Source: Polyangiales bacterium (GTDB lineage: Bacteria > Myxococcota_A > Polyangia > Polyangiales > Ga0077539). From it: a DNA stretch of 64,000 nt. Made by a program: the position numbers and the translations under genes. The stretch is from the NCBI GenBank assembly GCA_044229975.1, contig JBGARZ010000005.1:416001-480000 (forward strand), in the 5' to 3' direction. Under the pieces are notes generated by a model. The model did not search any database. It saw only the letters and a program-made list of their open reading frames with translations, and had not been told where the DNA came from. Shown one piece after another: positions 37,348 through 46,677 of the stretch. The stretch's first letter is position 1, and each line of letters begins with the position of its first letter.

Positions 37348-38745
37348 CTAGACCCCCTTCTCGGCGACTTCGGTGACGCGCTTCGAGAGGTAGTCGATGA
37401 GGTCGATCTTGGTGACCAGGCCGAGCAGGCGGGTGCCGTCGGCGACCAGCGCCACCTTTGCCTCGGCGAGCACGCCCTGGAGCAGGTCGACGCGCGTCTC
37501 GGGGGTCACCGTGGCGTAGTCGCTGTCGAGGATGTTGGTGATGGTTCCGTCCATGTTGGCCTCGCCGGAGACGAGGTTTCGCAGCACGTCGACCTCCGTG
37601 ACGATGCCGCGGATGTGCTCGCCATCCACCACCGGGAGCTGCGAGATGCCCAGCGACTTCATCTTCGCGATGACGTTGCGGAGCGTGTCGTCCGAGCGCG
37701 CCGTCACGAGCTGCTGCGCGCGGGTGTGCATCATCTCGCGCACCGTCCCGAGCGATGCCTCGGAACCGAGGAAGCCGTTTTCCCGCATCCAGTCGTCGTT
37801 GAAGACCTTGGTGAGGTAGCGGCCCGCGCTGTCGGGCAGGAGCACCAGGATCTTCTCCTTCTTGTTGCGCCCCTGCGCCCACTTGATGGCACCCGCCACG
37901 GCCGCGCCGCACGAGCCGCCGCAGTAGATGCCCTCCAGCCGCACGAGGTCGCGCGTCATCATGAAGCACTCGCGGTCGTCGACGCGCACGCAGTCGTCGA
38001 GGATCTTGAGGTTCATGGTCGACGGGAAGAAGTCCTCGCCGATGCCTTCGACCTTGTAGCTGAACGCGCGGGTCACCTGACCGTGCTTCACGAAGTCGTA
38101 ATAGACCGAGCCCACCGGGTCGACGCCGACGATGAGCAGGTTGGGGTTCTTCTCCTTGAGGTACTTGCCGGTGCCCGAGAGGGTTCCGCCGGTGCCCATG
38201 CCGGAGACGAAGACGTCGAGCTCGCCGTTGGTCTGGTCCCAGATCTCGGGGCCCGTCGATAGGTAGTGCGCCTCGGGGTTGGCGGGGTTGTGATACTGGT
38301 TCGCGAGCACGGCGTTGGGCGTCTCCTCCGAGAGCCGACGCGCGACCGAGTAGTAGCTGCGCGGGTCGGCGGGCTCGACCGCCGTGGGGCACACGACGAC
38401 CTTGGCACCCCAAGCGCGCAGCGCGGAGATCTTCTCCTGCGACATCTTGTCGGGCATCACGAAGATGGTGCGGTAGCCGCGCACCGCCGCGACCATGGCG
38501 AGCCCCGCGCCCGTGTTGCCGCTGGTGGCCTCGACGATGGTGCCGCCCGGCTTGAGCCGCCCCTCGGACTCGGCGCGGTTGACGATGTTGATGGCGATGC
38601 GGTCCTTCATCGACCCGGCAGGGTTCAAGAACTCGCACTTCACGTAGATCTCGGCGGCGAGGTCGGGCGGTACCACCCGGTTCAACCGCACGATGGGCGT
38701 GCCTCCCACCGCATCCAGAACGTTTGCTACCGCGCCGTGCATCAT
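37348..38745 (-). CDS. cbs: Cystathionine beta-synthase with C-terminal CBS domains
   Basis: KCEFLNPAGSMKDR (PLP Lys), EATSGNTG, GMGTGGT and VEGIG; tandem CBS pair (ISQLPVV, LVTKIDLI). Confidence 0.9.
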   Translation of the reverse strand: MMHGAVANVLDAVGGTPIVRLNRVVPPDLAAEIYVKCEFLNPAGSMKDRIAINIVNRAESEGRLKPGGTIVEATSGNTGAGLAMVAAVRGYRTIFVMPDKMSQEKISALRAWGAKVVVCPTAVEPADPRSYYSVARRLSEETPNAVLANQYHNPANPEAHYLSTGPEIWDQTNGELDVFVSGMGTGGTLSGTGKYLKEKNPNLLIVGVDPVGSVYYDFVKHGQVTRAFSYKVEGIGEDFFPSTMNLKILDDCVRVDDRECFMMTRDLVRLEGIYCGGSCGAAVAGAIKWAQGRNKKEKILVLLPDSAGRYLTKVFNDDWMRENGFLGSEASLGTVREMMHTRAQQLVTARSDDTLRNVIAKMKSLGISQLPVVDGEHIRGIVTEVDVLRNLVSGEANMDGTITNILDSDYATVTPETRVDLLQGVLAEAKVALVADGTRLLGLVTKIDLIDYLSKRVTEVAEKGV

Positions 38746-38789
38746 CGTGTCGTCAGTGCTCCTCGCGGGCGGACCTATCACATGCGCGG

Positions 38790-39677
38790 TCAGCGACGCC
38801 ACGCCCTGCACCCGTCGAGCAGCGCCCGCCGCAGCGCGTCGTGAGCCGCGGGCAGCGCCCGGCCGCGCCGTCGCAGCAGGTGATACGTCTTCGCCGGAAG
38901 CTCACGCATCGGCCTCGCCACCACGCCCGGCGGCAACCGACAGAACCCGCTCACCACCGCGGCGCCCGCGCCGAGCTCGACGAAGCGCAGCGCGAGCTCC
39001 CACCCGTTGGCCTCGACCGCCACCTCCGGCGTCACGCCCGCCGCCCGCAGCGCCTCTTCCAGCGCACGACGGTGCGGCCGGTCGGGGTCGGGCGCCACCA
39101 ACCGAAGGCCCGCCAGGTCACGCAGGCGCACCGTCTTCCGCGTCGCCAATGGGTGCGTCGACGGCATCGCCAACACCTGCGGAACCACCGCCAAGGCCTC
39201 CGCGCTCAGCCCCGCGGGTGTGGACTCGACGGGCGCCACGCCGAGCGTCGCCTCGCCCGATCGCACCGCGACGACGGTGGCCTCGCGGTCGCGGGTGAGC
39301 AGTCGCAGCGGGCCGAGGTCGGTGCCCATCCAGGCGCGCAGCGTCTCGCCGAGGAGGTGGACGTACGACCCGGCGCCCGCGCAGAGCGTGACGGGCTCAC
39401 CGGCTTCGTCGCCGTGGAGGGAGGAGACGAAGGCGGCCGTGCGCTCGCGGGTCTCACGGGCGAAGGCCGCCACCCGAACGCCGTCGGCGGTGAGCGCGAG
39501 GCCGCGTCCCTGGCGTTGGTAGAGGGTGACGCCGAGCGCGTCGGCGAGGCGCGCGACCTGGGCGTGGACGGCGGGCTGCGAGAGGTGGAGCAGCTCGGCC
39601 GCGCGGGTGAAGTTGAGGTGCTCGGCGAAGACGCCGAAGGTGCGGAGGGCGTCGAGGTCGAGCGAGGGCGCGTCCAT
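38790..39677 (-). CDS. LysR-family transcriptional regulator
   Basis: HTH NFTRAAELLHLSQPAV...LTADG, followed by a substrate-binding domain. Confidence 0.92.
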   Translation of the reverse strand: MDAPSLDLDALRTFGVFAEHLNFTRAAELLHLSQPAVHAQVARLADALGVTLYQRQGRGLALTADGVRVAAFARETRERTAAFVSSLHGDEAGEPVTLCAGAGSYVHLLGETLRAWMGTDLGPLRLLTRDREATVVAVRSGEATLGVAPVESTPAGLSAEALAVVPQVLAMPSTHPLATRKTVRLRDLAGLRLVAPDPDRPHRRALEEALRAAGVTPEVAVEANGWELALRFVELGAGAAVVSGFCRLPPGVVARPMRELPAKTYHLLRRRGRALPAAHDALRRALLDGCRAWRR

Positions 39678-39692
39678 GGTCGCCGACGGGGT

Positions 39693-39717
39693 ATCACGAA
39701 CGGTGATGGCCCATCAC
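39693..39717. promoter_or_regulatory. Putative LysR binding site (T-N11-A dyad) with an overlapping second dyad
   Basis: ATCACgaacgGTGAT (39693-39707) overlaps GTGATGgccCATCAC (39703-39717), between the divergent lysR and kptA genes. Confidence 0.6.
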
Positions 39718-39780
39718 GAGGTAGAGCTTCCGGGTGAGAGTCGGGGCGCGTACCGTGAGCGAAGAAGTAGAGACACGAAC

Positions 39781-40389
39781 ATGAGTGAACAGAACCTCAA
39801 GCGCGCGAGCCACGCGCTCAGTCAGCTCCTCCGGCACGGCGCCGGAGAGGTCGGGCTCTCCATGGACGCGGCCGGGTGGGCGCCCGTCGACGACGTGCTG
39901 CGCCGCGCGAAGATGTCACGCGCCACGCTGGACGTGGTGGTGCGAACCAACAACAAGTCGCGAATCCAGGTCGTGGGCGATCGCATCCGGTGCTGTCAGG
40001 GGCACTCGCTGGAAGGGATGCCGGTGACGCAGGAGGCGCTCGAGGCGTCGTGGGAAGAGCTCGACCTCGTCGAGCCCGTCTGGCACGGAACGAACGAAGA
40101 GGCGCTGCCGAGCATCGCGAGGGAGGGCCTGCGGCGAGGCGGGCGAACGCATGTGCACCTCGCGGCGAACACCGACAGCAAGGTGGGCAAGAAGGCGGGC
40201 GTCGGGGTGCTGCTGCGGGTCGACCCGGTGGCGCTGCGGGCGCTCGGCATCGGGCTCTATCGGAGTCCCAATGGGGTGCTGCTGGCGAGGGAGGTTCCGC
40301 CGTCGTGCATCACGGGGCTGGTGGCGGTGAGCGCGCGCGCGAGGAAGGGCGAGGAGAAGCTGCGGGGGTTGTTCGGGCTGACGGGGTGA
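39781..40389 (+). CDS. kptA: RNA 2'-phosphotransferase (KptA/Tpt1 family)
   Basis: LSQLLRH, RIRCCQGHS, WHGT, RTHVHL and NGVLL. Start at ATG 39781. Confidence 0.9.
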   Translation: MSEQNLKRASHALSQLLRHGAGEVGLSMDAAGWAPVDDVLRRAKMSRATLDVVVRTNNKSRIQVVGDRIRCCQGHSLEGMPVTQEALEASWEELDLVEPVWHGTNEEALPSIAREGLRRGGRTHVHLAANTDSKVGKKAGVGVLLRVDPVALRALGIGLYRSPNGVLLAREVPPSCITGLVAVSARARKGEEKLRGLFGLTG

Positions 40390-40396
40390 TGGAGCG

Positions 40397-41917
40397 TCAG
40401 TGCCGCGCCAGCACGAACGCCGTCACGAACGCGATCACCACGGCAGCGACGCCGAGCGCCCACGGCAGCCAGGACGCGCGGGGCGCGACTGGCGGGACGA
40501 CGGGCTCCCGTGGCGGCAACGGGCGGTTGGGCTGCGTCAGCCTCGGCGGCGTGGCGATCAGCGTCCCGTCCGTCGGGTCGGCGCTCGGCGACACAGGCGG
40601 CGACTGCGGCAGCGTCACGACGGGGACGGACGCGGCGCGCGGCGGCAGCGGCCTCACCTGCGCGATCAACGTGCCATCGAACTCGGGCGCCGACCGACGA
40701 GGCGCCTCCGACACAGCAAAGGGCGAGCGGCCCATCGAGAGCACCGTCGCGTTGGGCTCGATCCCTTCCACCACCGGCGGTCCCGACAAGATCGTCGCGC
40801 CCGCATCGAAGCCCGCCGCATCCGCCGACGACGCCCCGAACATCGCCTCCAGGCGAGCGGCCTTGGCCGACACCGGCGTCGCGTAGTTGATCTGCTCTGC
40901 AAAGGGGTCACCGGGCACCTCGGCGACGTCCCACGGGTTGGGCTCGCTCGCGCGCATCAGCGTCAACCCGGGTGCGGGCGCTGGAGCGTCGGCCTCCATC
41001 GCCCTCAGCCGCTCGAACACGCTCGGCTCGCGCTGCGGCAGCTCCGGGGTCGGCGGCTGCGACCGCGCCGGAGGGCGACGTTGCAGCGGGCGCGACCACG
41101 CCACGTCGAGCGCCGCTCGCAGCGCCGCCACGTCCGGAAGGCGCGCCGCCGGGTCGAGCGCTACACACCGCTCGATCGCCTCCCACACCTCGCCCGGGAC
41201 GTCGTCCCTGCGGCGGTGGAGGCCCGCCACCGCGAGCGTCTCGCCCGCCGACGCGGGCAGCGAGATGAGCTCCCGCAGCAGCGCCCCCAGCGCGAAGACG
41301 TCGGTCCGCACGGTGGCCTCGTCGCCCGTCCCGAAGAGCTCGGGCGCGGGGTTGGTCAGCGCGCGTGCGCTGCGCGCGGGCGCCGAGGCGTCGCGGTCGG
41401 CCCAGCGGTGCAGCCCGACGTCGAGAAGCTTCACCTCGAAGTCCTTTTTCGGCTGCCGGTGCATGAGCACGCACCCGGGGTTGAGCCCGAGGTGCAGCAC
41501 GGGGGTCGGCGCCTGGTGGCAGGCCAGCACGGCCTCGCACACCTGGTCGAAGCTCCGTTGGAGGAGCGGCAGCTCGACGAGCTGACCGCTCGCGCGCACC
41601 TCGTCGATGCCAGTGCCGAGCGAGCGGCCCGCGAAGGCCTCGTGCACCACATATGGACGGCGCCCCCACATGCCCTGGTTGAGCACCGTGAGCAGGCGCT
41701 TGTGCCGCACCGGGCGCAGCGCGCCGAGGTGCTTCGCGAGCGCCTCCGGCATCTGGGCGGTGGGCTGCTCGCGCAGGAGCTTCACCGCGACGACGCGGCC
41801 CTTCATCGCGAGGTCTTGCGCGGACCAGTTGGCGCCGAGGCCGCGGTCGGGCGCGGGCTCGGTCAACAGGTAGCGCTCGTTGACGAGCGTGCCGGGCGCG
41901 ATCGGGCTGGCCATCAT
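40397..41917 (-). CDS. Membrane-anchored Ser/Thr pseudokinase
   Basis: Kinase fold (ERYLL, VAVKLL, APELF, DVFALG), but the catalytic loop is HLGLNPGCV and DFG is DVG; Pro-rich linker and C-terminal TM. Confidence 0.75.
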   Translation of the reverse strand: MMASPIAPGTLVNERYLLTEPAPDRGLGANWSAQDLAMKGRVVAVKLLREQPTAQMPEALAKHLGALRPVRHKRLLTVLNQGMWGRRPYVVHEAFAGRSLGTGIDEVRASGQLVELPLLQRSFDQVCEAVLACHQAPTPVLHLGLNPGCVLMHRQPKKDFEVKLLDVGLHRWADRDASAPARSARALTNPAPELFGTGDEATVRTDVFALGALLRELISLPASAGETLAVAGLHRRRDDVPGEVWEAIERCVALDPAARLPDVAALRAALDVAWSRPLQRRPPARSQPPTPELPQREPSVFERLRAMEADAPAPAPGLTLMRASEPNPWDVAEVPGDPFAEQINYATPVSAKAARLEAMFGASSADAAGFDAGATILSGPPVVEGIEPNATVLSMGRSPFAVSEAPRRSAPEFDGTLIAQVRPLPPRAASVPVVTLPQSPPVSPSADPTDGTLIATPPRLTQPNRPLPPREPVVPPVAPRASWLPWALGVAAVVIAFVTAFVLARH

Positions 41918-42022
41918 GCTGGCGACCGTTCTCACCTCGCACGGCCGCGCTTGCAAGCGATGCGCGCCCTCTGGCATGGTCTCGCCGGAAGCGTTGGGAG
42001 CGTTGCAGGGAGGGAGGCCGAC

Positions 42023-42517
42023 GTGAGCGCGTCGTCAAAGGGGGAACGTGATCTGACCTCATCCGTGACGCCCGCGGTCGGCGGCTCGCGCGTGCTCACC
42101 GTGACGAGGCCGTTGGCGGCCGGGGAGCTGTGCGTGGAGGTTCCCGGCGTCGGGGCGGTCGCGGCCCGCTGTCTGCGATCGGTCGACCGCGACACGCTGC
42201 GGGGCGACGGCGCCGTCGGCCGCGAGGTGCTCGTCTGCTTCGACGGCGACGACGCCCGCCGCCCCGTCATCCTCGGCGTGATGGAAGACCCCGTCGACCT
42301 CCTCCTCGAACGGGCGACCCAGGCGCCGCTGGTGCCCGAGGCGCGCGTCGACGGCCGCCGCGTGGTCATCGAAGGGGCCGACGAGGTCACGCTGGTGTGC
42401 GGAGAGGCCAGCATCACCCTCACCCGCGACGGTCGCGTCGCCCTCAAGGGCGTCAACGTCACCTCCGAGGCCGGAGAATTGCAGCGCATCCGGGGCGCCG
42501 TCGTGAAGATCAACTGA
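42023..42517 (+). CDS. DUF6484-type T6SS spike-associated protein
   Basis: GREVLVCFDGDD..RPVILG plus VgrG-like tail VTLVCGEASITLTRDG...IRGAVVKIN; ggagg before the GTG. Confidence 0.7.
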   Translation: MSASSKGERDLTSSVTPAVGGSRVLTVTRPLAAGELCVEVPGVGAVAARCLRSVDRDTLRGDGAVGREVLVCFDGDDARRPVILGVMEDPVDLLLERATQAPLVPEARVDGRRVVIEGADEVTLVCGEASITLTRDGRVALKGVNVTSEAGELQRIRGAVVKIN

Positions 42518-43533
42518 TGTTGCAGCTCGCCAACGAGACGCCGCTCCGCGCGGTGATGGCCCTGATGCCCGACCGCCGCGGGGTGGAGTGCCTCGTGCTG
42601 ATGGTGAAGGCGACGTTCTCCCTCGACGAGGCGCCGCGCCTGCTCGGCGAGCAGCTCCCGTTGCAGGTGGGTGACGCCTGGACGGGGCAGCCCGGCGCGA
42701 GCTCGCTGCTCGCACCCAACGAGTTCCACCCGCCGAAGCCCTCCACCGACGTGCTGCTCCAGGGCCACGCGCAGGCCGCCGATCAACGGCCCAGCACTTC
42801 CGTCGACGTCGCAGTGACGGTGGGCTCGCTGCATCGGAGGCTGCGCGTCACGGGCGATCGTGAGTTCACGGGGCAGGTCGACGGGCGGGTCGCCACGGCG
42901 CCGCAACCCTTCCGAACGATGCTCCTGTGCTGGGAGCGGGCGTACGGTGGGCGCAGCGTCGACGGTGCGACCTTCGAGGCGCGCAACCCCGTGGGCAAGG
43001 GCTTCATCCCGCACGACCCCCAACAGGCGCCGTCGTTTCGCGGGAGCCCGGTGCCCAACCTGGAAGACCCGGCCGACCCGTTTCAGGGGCCCGGCCGCCC
43101 GATGAAGCCCGCGTGCTACGCGCCGATCGCGCCCACCTGGGCGCCACGCTCGCGCTACGTCGGCACCTGCGACGACGCGTGGGACCGCACGCGCGCCCCG
43201 TTTCTGCCCGACGACTTTGACGACCGCCACTACCAGTGTGCCCCCGACGGACTCGTCACGGCGCAGCCCCTCCGCGGCGCCGAGCCCATCGTCCTCGAGG
43301 GCGTCTCCCCTCGCGGAACACTCACCTCCCGCGTCCCCCGGGTTGGCTTCGACGCCTGGGCCACGATCGCGGGCTCGAAGGTCGCGCTCACGCTCTCCCT
43401 CGACACGCTCTCCCTCGACGCCGACCACCATCGGATGACCGTGATCTGGCGGTGTCAGCACCTCGTCGACAAGCGCGCGCTGTCGGTCGAGACCGTGCGC
43501 CTGGCGTTTCTTCCTGGAGGCGATGTGTCGTGA
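42517..43533 (+). CDS. DUF2169 T6SS effector adaptor
   Basis: VKATF, PPKPSTDVLLQGHA, WERAYGG, NPVGKG, PNLEDP, R.RYVGT.D..W and LPDDFD; TGATG coupling to the upstream gene. Confidence 0.9.
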   Translation: MLQLANETPLRAVMALMPDRRGVECLVLMVKATFSLDEAPRLLGEQLPLQVGDAWTGQPGASSLLAPNEFHPPKPSTDVLLQGHAQAADQRPSTSVDVAVTVGSLHRRLRVTGDREFTGQVDGRVATAPQPFRTMLLCWERAYGGRSVDGATFEARNPVGKGFIPHDPQQAPSFRGSPVPNLEDPADPFQGPGRPMKPACYAPIAPTWAPRSRYVGTCDDAWDRTRAPFLPDDFDDRHYQCAPDGLVTAQPLRGAEPIVLEGVSPRGTLTSRVPRVGFDAWATIAGSKVALTLSLDTLSLDADHHRMTVIWRCQHLVDKRALSVETVRLAFLPGGDVS

Positions 43534-44549
43534 GCGTCTCCATCACCCGCACCGGGATGATCTCCCCGGTCGGAACCTCCACCCTGCAGACCACCACCTC
43601 CGTGCTCGCGGGCGTCAGCCGCCTGCGCGAGACCTCCCTGCGCGACGGCCGCTGGCGCCCCCTCCGCATGGGTCTGCTCCCCGACGACGCGCTCCCGCCC
43701 ATCGCCCCGGCGCTCGCGGCGCGCGGCGACCTGTCGACCCGCTGCGCCCGGATGGTGCGCCTCGCCGGCGCCGCCCTCGCCGAGTGCGCCGAAGGCACAG
43801 GAGCACTCGACGCGGTGCCGATGTTTCTGGCGATTCCCGAAATCGCGCCGGGGCGGTCGTCGTCGCCCGACGCGCGCTTCTTCGACGACCTCGCGGCGCA
43901 GTCGGGCGTGACCTTCGCGGCCTCGTCGAGCGCGGCCTTCCCGCACGGCCGGGCGGCGGGATTCCACGCCCTCGCCGCCGCGGTGGACGCGATCGCCGCG
44001 GGCGCTCCGCGCGCGCTGGTGGGGGGCGTGGACAGCTACCTCGACCCGTTGCTCCTCGGGTGGCTCGACGCCGAGGAGCGACTGCTCACCGAAGGGCGAC
44101 CGGTGGGCTTCATGCCCGGAGAGGGCGCGGCGTTTCTGCTGCTCTCGCGGTCACCGGGCGCGGTGGTCGTCGACGCGGTCGGTCTCGGCACGGAGCCGGG
44201 TCATCGCGGCAGCGAAGAGGCCTTCGTCGGCGACGGGCTCACGGCGGCGTTTCGCGCGGTGCTGCCCGACGGCGCGGACGTGGGGACGGTGTTCGCGGGG
44301 ATGAACGGCGAGCCCATCGACGCGCGGGCCTGGGGCATCGCGGCGCGGCGGCACCACCGGGGACTGCGACCCGACGCGGCGCTGCACCACCCGGTGGAAC
44401 ACACGGGCGACCCCGGCGCGGCGCTGGGCGTGATGATGCTGGCCATGGCGGCCTCGGGATTGTCCCGGAAGAGGTTCGCGGGGCCGTGTCTGTTGTGGGC
44501 GTGTTCGGACGGGGCGGCGTGCGGCGCGGCCCGCGTCTCATCAGCGTAG
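43530..44549 (+). CDS. Ketosynthase/thiolase-like T6SS accessory protein (PRK06147-like)
   Basis: GMISPVG, LVGGVDS, GFMPGEGAAFLLL, GDGLT, MNGE and GDPGAA; canonical neighbour of DUF2169. Confidence 0.8.
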   Translation: MSVSITRTGMISPVGTSTLQTTTSVLAGVSRLRETSLRDGRWRPLRMGLLPDDALPPIAPALAARGDLSTRCARMVRLAGAALAECAEGTGALDAVPMFLAIPEIAPGRSSSPDARFFDDLAAQSGVTFAASSSAAFPHGRAAGFHALAAAVDAIAAGAPRALVGGVDSYLDPLLLGWLDAEERLLTEGRPVGFMPGEGAAFLLLSRSPGAVVVDAVGLGTEPGHRGSEEAFVGDGLTAAFRAVLPDGADVGTVFAGMNGEPIDARAWGIAARRHHRGLRPDAALHHPVEHTGDPGAALGVMMLAMAASGLSRKRFAGPCLLWACSDGAACGAARVSSA

Positions 44550-44566
44550 GAAGGAGTGCAGGCGAG

Positions 44567-44950
44567 ATGGCATCGAAGACCTTCGTCAACGGTCGCGGGG
44601 TGGCCCACGCATCGAGCAACGGGATGAGCATCGCGTTTCCCGACGTGTGCTTGACGCCGAGCCCGGCGGGGCCGGTGCCGATCCCGTATCCCAACATCGG
44701 GAAGTCATCGGACACGTCGGGCGGGCCGCAGACGGTCACCGTCGATGGTGGTGCGATGCCCATGGTGAAGGGCGCCACCTACTCACGCAGCAGCGGCGAC
44801 GAGGCGGGCACCGCGGGCGGCGTGGCGAGCGGCTGCAACATGGGGGCGTCGGAGTTCATGCTGTATTCGTTCGACGTGAAGATGGACGGCAACAACGTGT
44901 GCCGGCTGGGCGACATGCTCTTCCACAACCGCAAGAACACCCTGGGCTGA
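44567..44950 (+). CDS. Stand-alone DUF4150 (PAAR-like) spike-tip protein
   Basis: FPDVCLTP.P..PVPIPYPN, SSGDEAG, SFDVKMDG..VCRLGD and HN. Stops after 127 aa with no toxin domain. Confidence 0.92.
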   Translation: MASKTFVNGRGVAHASSNGMSIAFPDVCLTPSPAGPVPIPYPNIGKSSDTSGGPQTVTVDGGAMPMVKGATYSRSSGDEAGTAGGVASGCNMGASEFMLYSFDVKMDGNNVCRLGDMLFHNRKNTLG

Positions 44951-44954
44951 CCCG

Positions 44955-46076
44955 ATGCCCGCCCCCGCCCTGAGGGACGTCGTCGCGGAGCACCTCGACG
45001 AGGCGCGCTTCCTGCGGCTGCGACGGCAGCGGGTGTTCGCGCTGCTGGAGGGCAACGCCGCACACCAACGATCACTGGAGCGACGGATGGACGCCCACCT
45101 CGACGCGCTGGCGGCCGACCCGTCATCGGCGATGGCGTTGTGGGAAGAGGCGCTCGCAGACGACGACGACGACGCCTGGTACGCGGCGGCGGCAGCGTGG
45201 GCGATGAGCGACCGACGGGACGAGCTGTGGGCGCGCTGGTCGGCGGCAGCGCCCGCGGAGGAGCGACGCGGGTCGTGCCGCGACGTGCTGTGGTTTCATG
45301 GCGGGGCGTCGGCGCTCGGGCTGGTGGAGGCGTGGCTGCGCGGTGCGGACGCTGGCCTGCAACGGCTGGCGCTCGCGGTGCTGGTGCGATGGGGCGACGC
45401 GCGGCTGGAGGCGCTGGGGCGCTGGGCGGTGGCGCACGCGGACGAGGGGATGCGCGCCGAGGGGTTGCACGCGCTGGCGGTCGCGGGGGTGAACGGCGCG
45501 GCGGCGTGGGGAGCGTCGTTGCTGGCGGGCCTGACGGACGACGCGTTGCGGTCGATGGTGGTGGAAGACACGGCGCGGCTGGACGCGGCCACGGGGCTGA
45601 CGCTCGCGCGCTCGCTGGACGCCGCGGCGCTGACGACGGTGGACGCGGCCGCGGTGCTGCGGGGCATCGGCGGGACGGCCGCGGACGTGGAGGCGCTGAC
45701 AGCGGCGCTGGCGCAGCGCGCGACGCCCGCGGTGTGCGTGGGGCTGGCGCTCGCGGGCGCGTCGGAGGTGATGGAAGGGTGGTGGGCGCGGGCCGACGAT
45801 CGGGCGGTGAGCAACGCGCTGCGCGAGGGGGCGTACGTGGTGTTGGGGGATGAGGTTCCGCGTGGGGGGCTGGGGGCGCGGACGCTGGAGGACGAGGAGG
45901 ACACGGCGGCGCGGCGGGAGGAGAACGCGACGCTGGCACAGCGGGTACGCGCGGCGGGCGGCGGGCGCGGACGGTGGGGCGGGCGCGCGGCGGGTGAGCT
46001 GTCGGCGCGGCATCGGCGGTGGGCGGGGCTCGTGGGCGCGGTGGTCGGCGAATGGGACGGGCTCGTCAGCGGCTGA
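44955..46076 (+). CDS. TIGR02270-like helical-repeat protein
   Basis: N-terminal DVVAEHLDEARFL...LERRMDAHLDAL; typical of DUF2169/DUF4150 loci. Confidence 0.65.
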   Translation: MPAPALRDVVAEHLDEARFLRLRRQRVFALLEGNAAHQRSLERRMDAHLDALAADPSSAMALWEEALADDDDDAWYAAAAAWAMSDRRDELWARWSAAAPAEERRGSCRDVLWFHGGASALGLVEAWLRGADAGLQRLALAVLVRWGDARLEALGRWAVAHADEGMRAEGLHALAVAGVNGAAAWGASLLAGLTDDALRSMVVEDTARLDAATGLTLARSLDAAALTTVDAAAVLRGIGGTAADVEALTAALAQRATPAVCVGLALAGASEVMEGWWARADDRAVSNALREGAYVVLGDEVPRGGLGARTLEDEEDTAARREENATLAQRVRAAGGGRGRWGGRAAGELSARHRRWAGLVGAVVGEWDGLVSG

Positions 46077-46080
46077 CGGG

Positions 46081-46674
46081 TCACACGACGTCGACCTCGC
46101 GCACCGCGACGCCCCACCCCCCGGCGGGGCGGTTGGCGCGCAGTGCCTGCACCACGCCCTCGTCGACGAACCACAGCCGCGGGCACTGTGCGACGCGGAA
46201 CATCCGCAGCCCCAGCGTCTGTCGCCGCCGCAGCACAATGGCATCGAAGTCGACCAGCGGCGGGACGACCCCGCCACCGATCAGGGTCGCGTAGACCGAG
46301 CGCTCCATGTCGACGGCGTCGGCGATTCCCACGACGTTGACCGCCACGAAGTGCTCCCAGGACAGGTCCGCCTGCGGGTTGACCAGCCTCGCTGCGTACT
46401 CCTGGAAGTTGTCGGCGCCCGCGGCGCGGAGCAGTTGCACGAGTGTTCGCTCGACCAAAGGTACGACTCCCTCGATGATCCCGCGCGGCGGTGAGCTCAC
46501 CGGGTGGTCCACCTCCACGACGAGCGGGTTGGGAACCGCCCCGCGAATCAACCGACCGCGTAGGAAGCGCGCGTCGCGCGGGAGGGCAGGCGGGGCCCCG
46601 GACGCGCCCCACGCGACCTCGGGGTCACTCTGCAACAGGTAGTACTTCGCGCCCTTCGGCTCCGCGGAGGCCAC
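46081..46674 (-). CDS. Imm11 (DUF1629)-like immunity protein
   Basis: Lies 3 bp downstream of the AHH nuclease; pattern PLV...L...G.DNFQ.Y...NVVG..DAVD..RS...MFRV. Confidence 0.7.
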   Translation of the reverse strand: MASAEPKGAKYYLLQSDPEVAWGASGAPPALPRDARFLRGRLIRGAVPNPLVVEVDHPVSSPPRGIIEGVVPLVERTLVQLLRAAGADNFQEYAARLVNPQADLSWEHFVAVNVVGIADAVDMERSVYATLIGGGVVPPLVDFDAIVLRRRQTLGLRMFRVAQCPRLWFVDEGVVQALRANRPAGGWGVAVREVDVV

Positions 46675-46677
46675 GGT

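Noticed and set aside
41940..42010. Sigma-54 promoter before the DUF6484 cassette
   Set aside because: The TGGCA-like motif has GG-N9-GC spacing, not the required N10.
43530..44549. Ketosynthase-like gene as a PKS/fatty-acid cluster
   Set aside because: No ACP, AT or KR genes; its position between DUF2169 and DUF4150 is the known T6SS accessory context.
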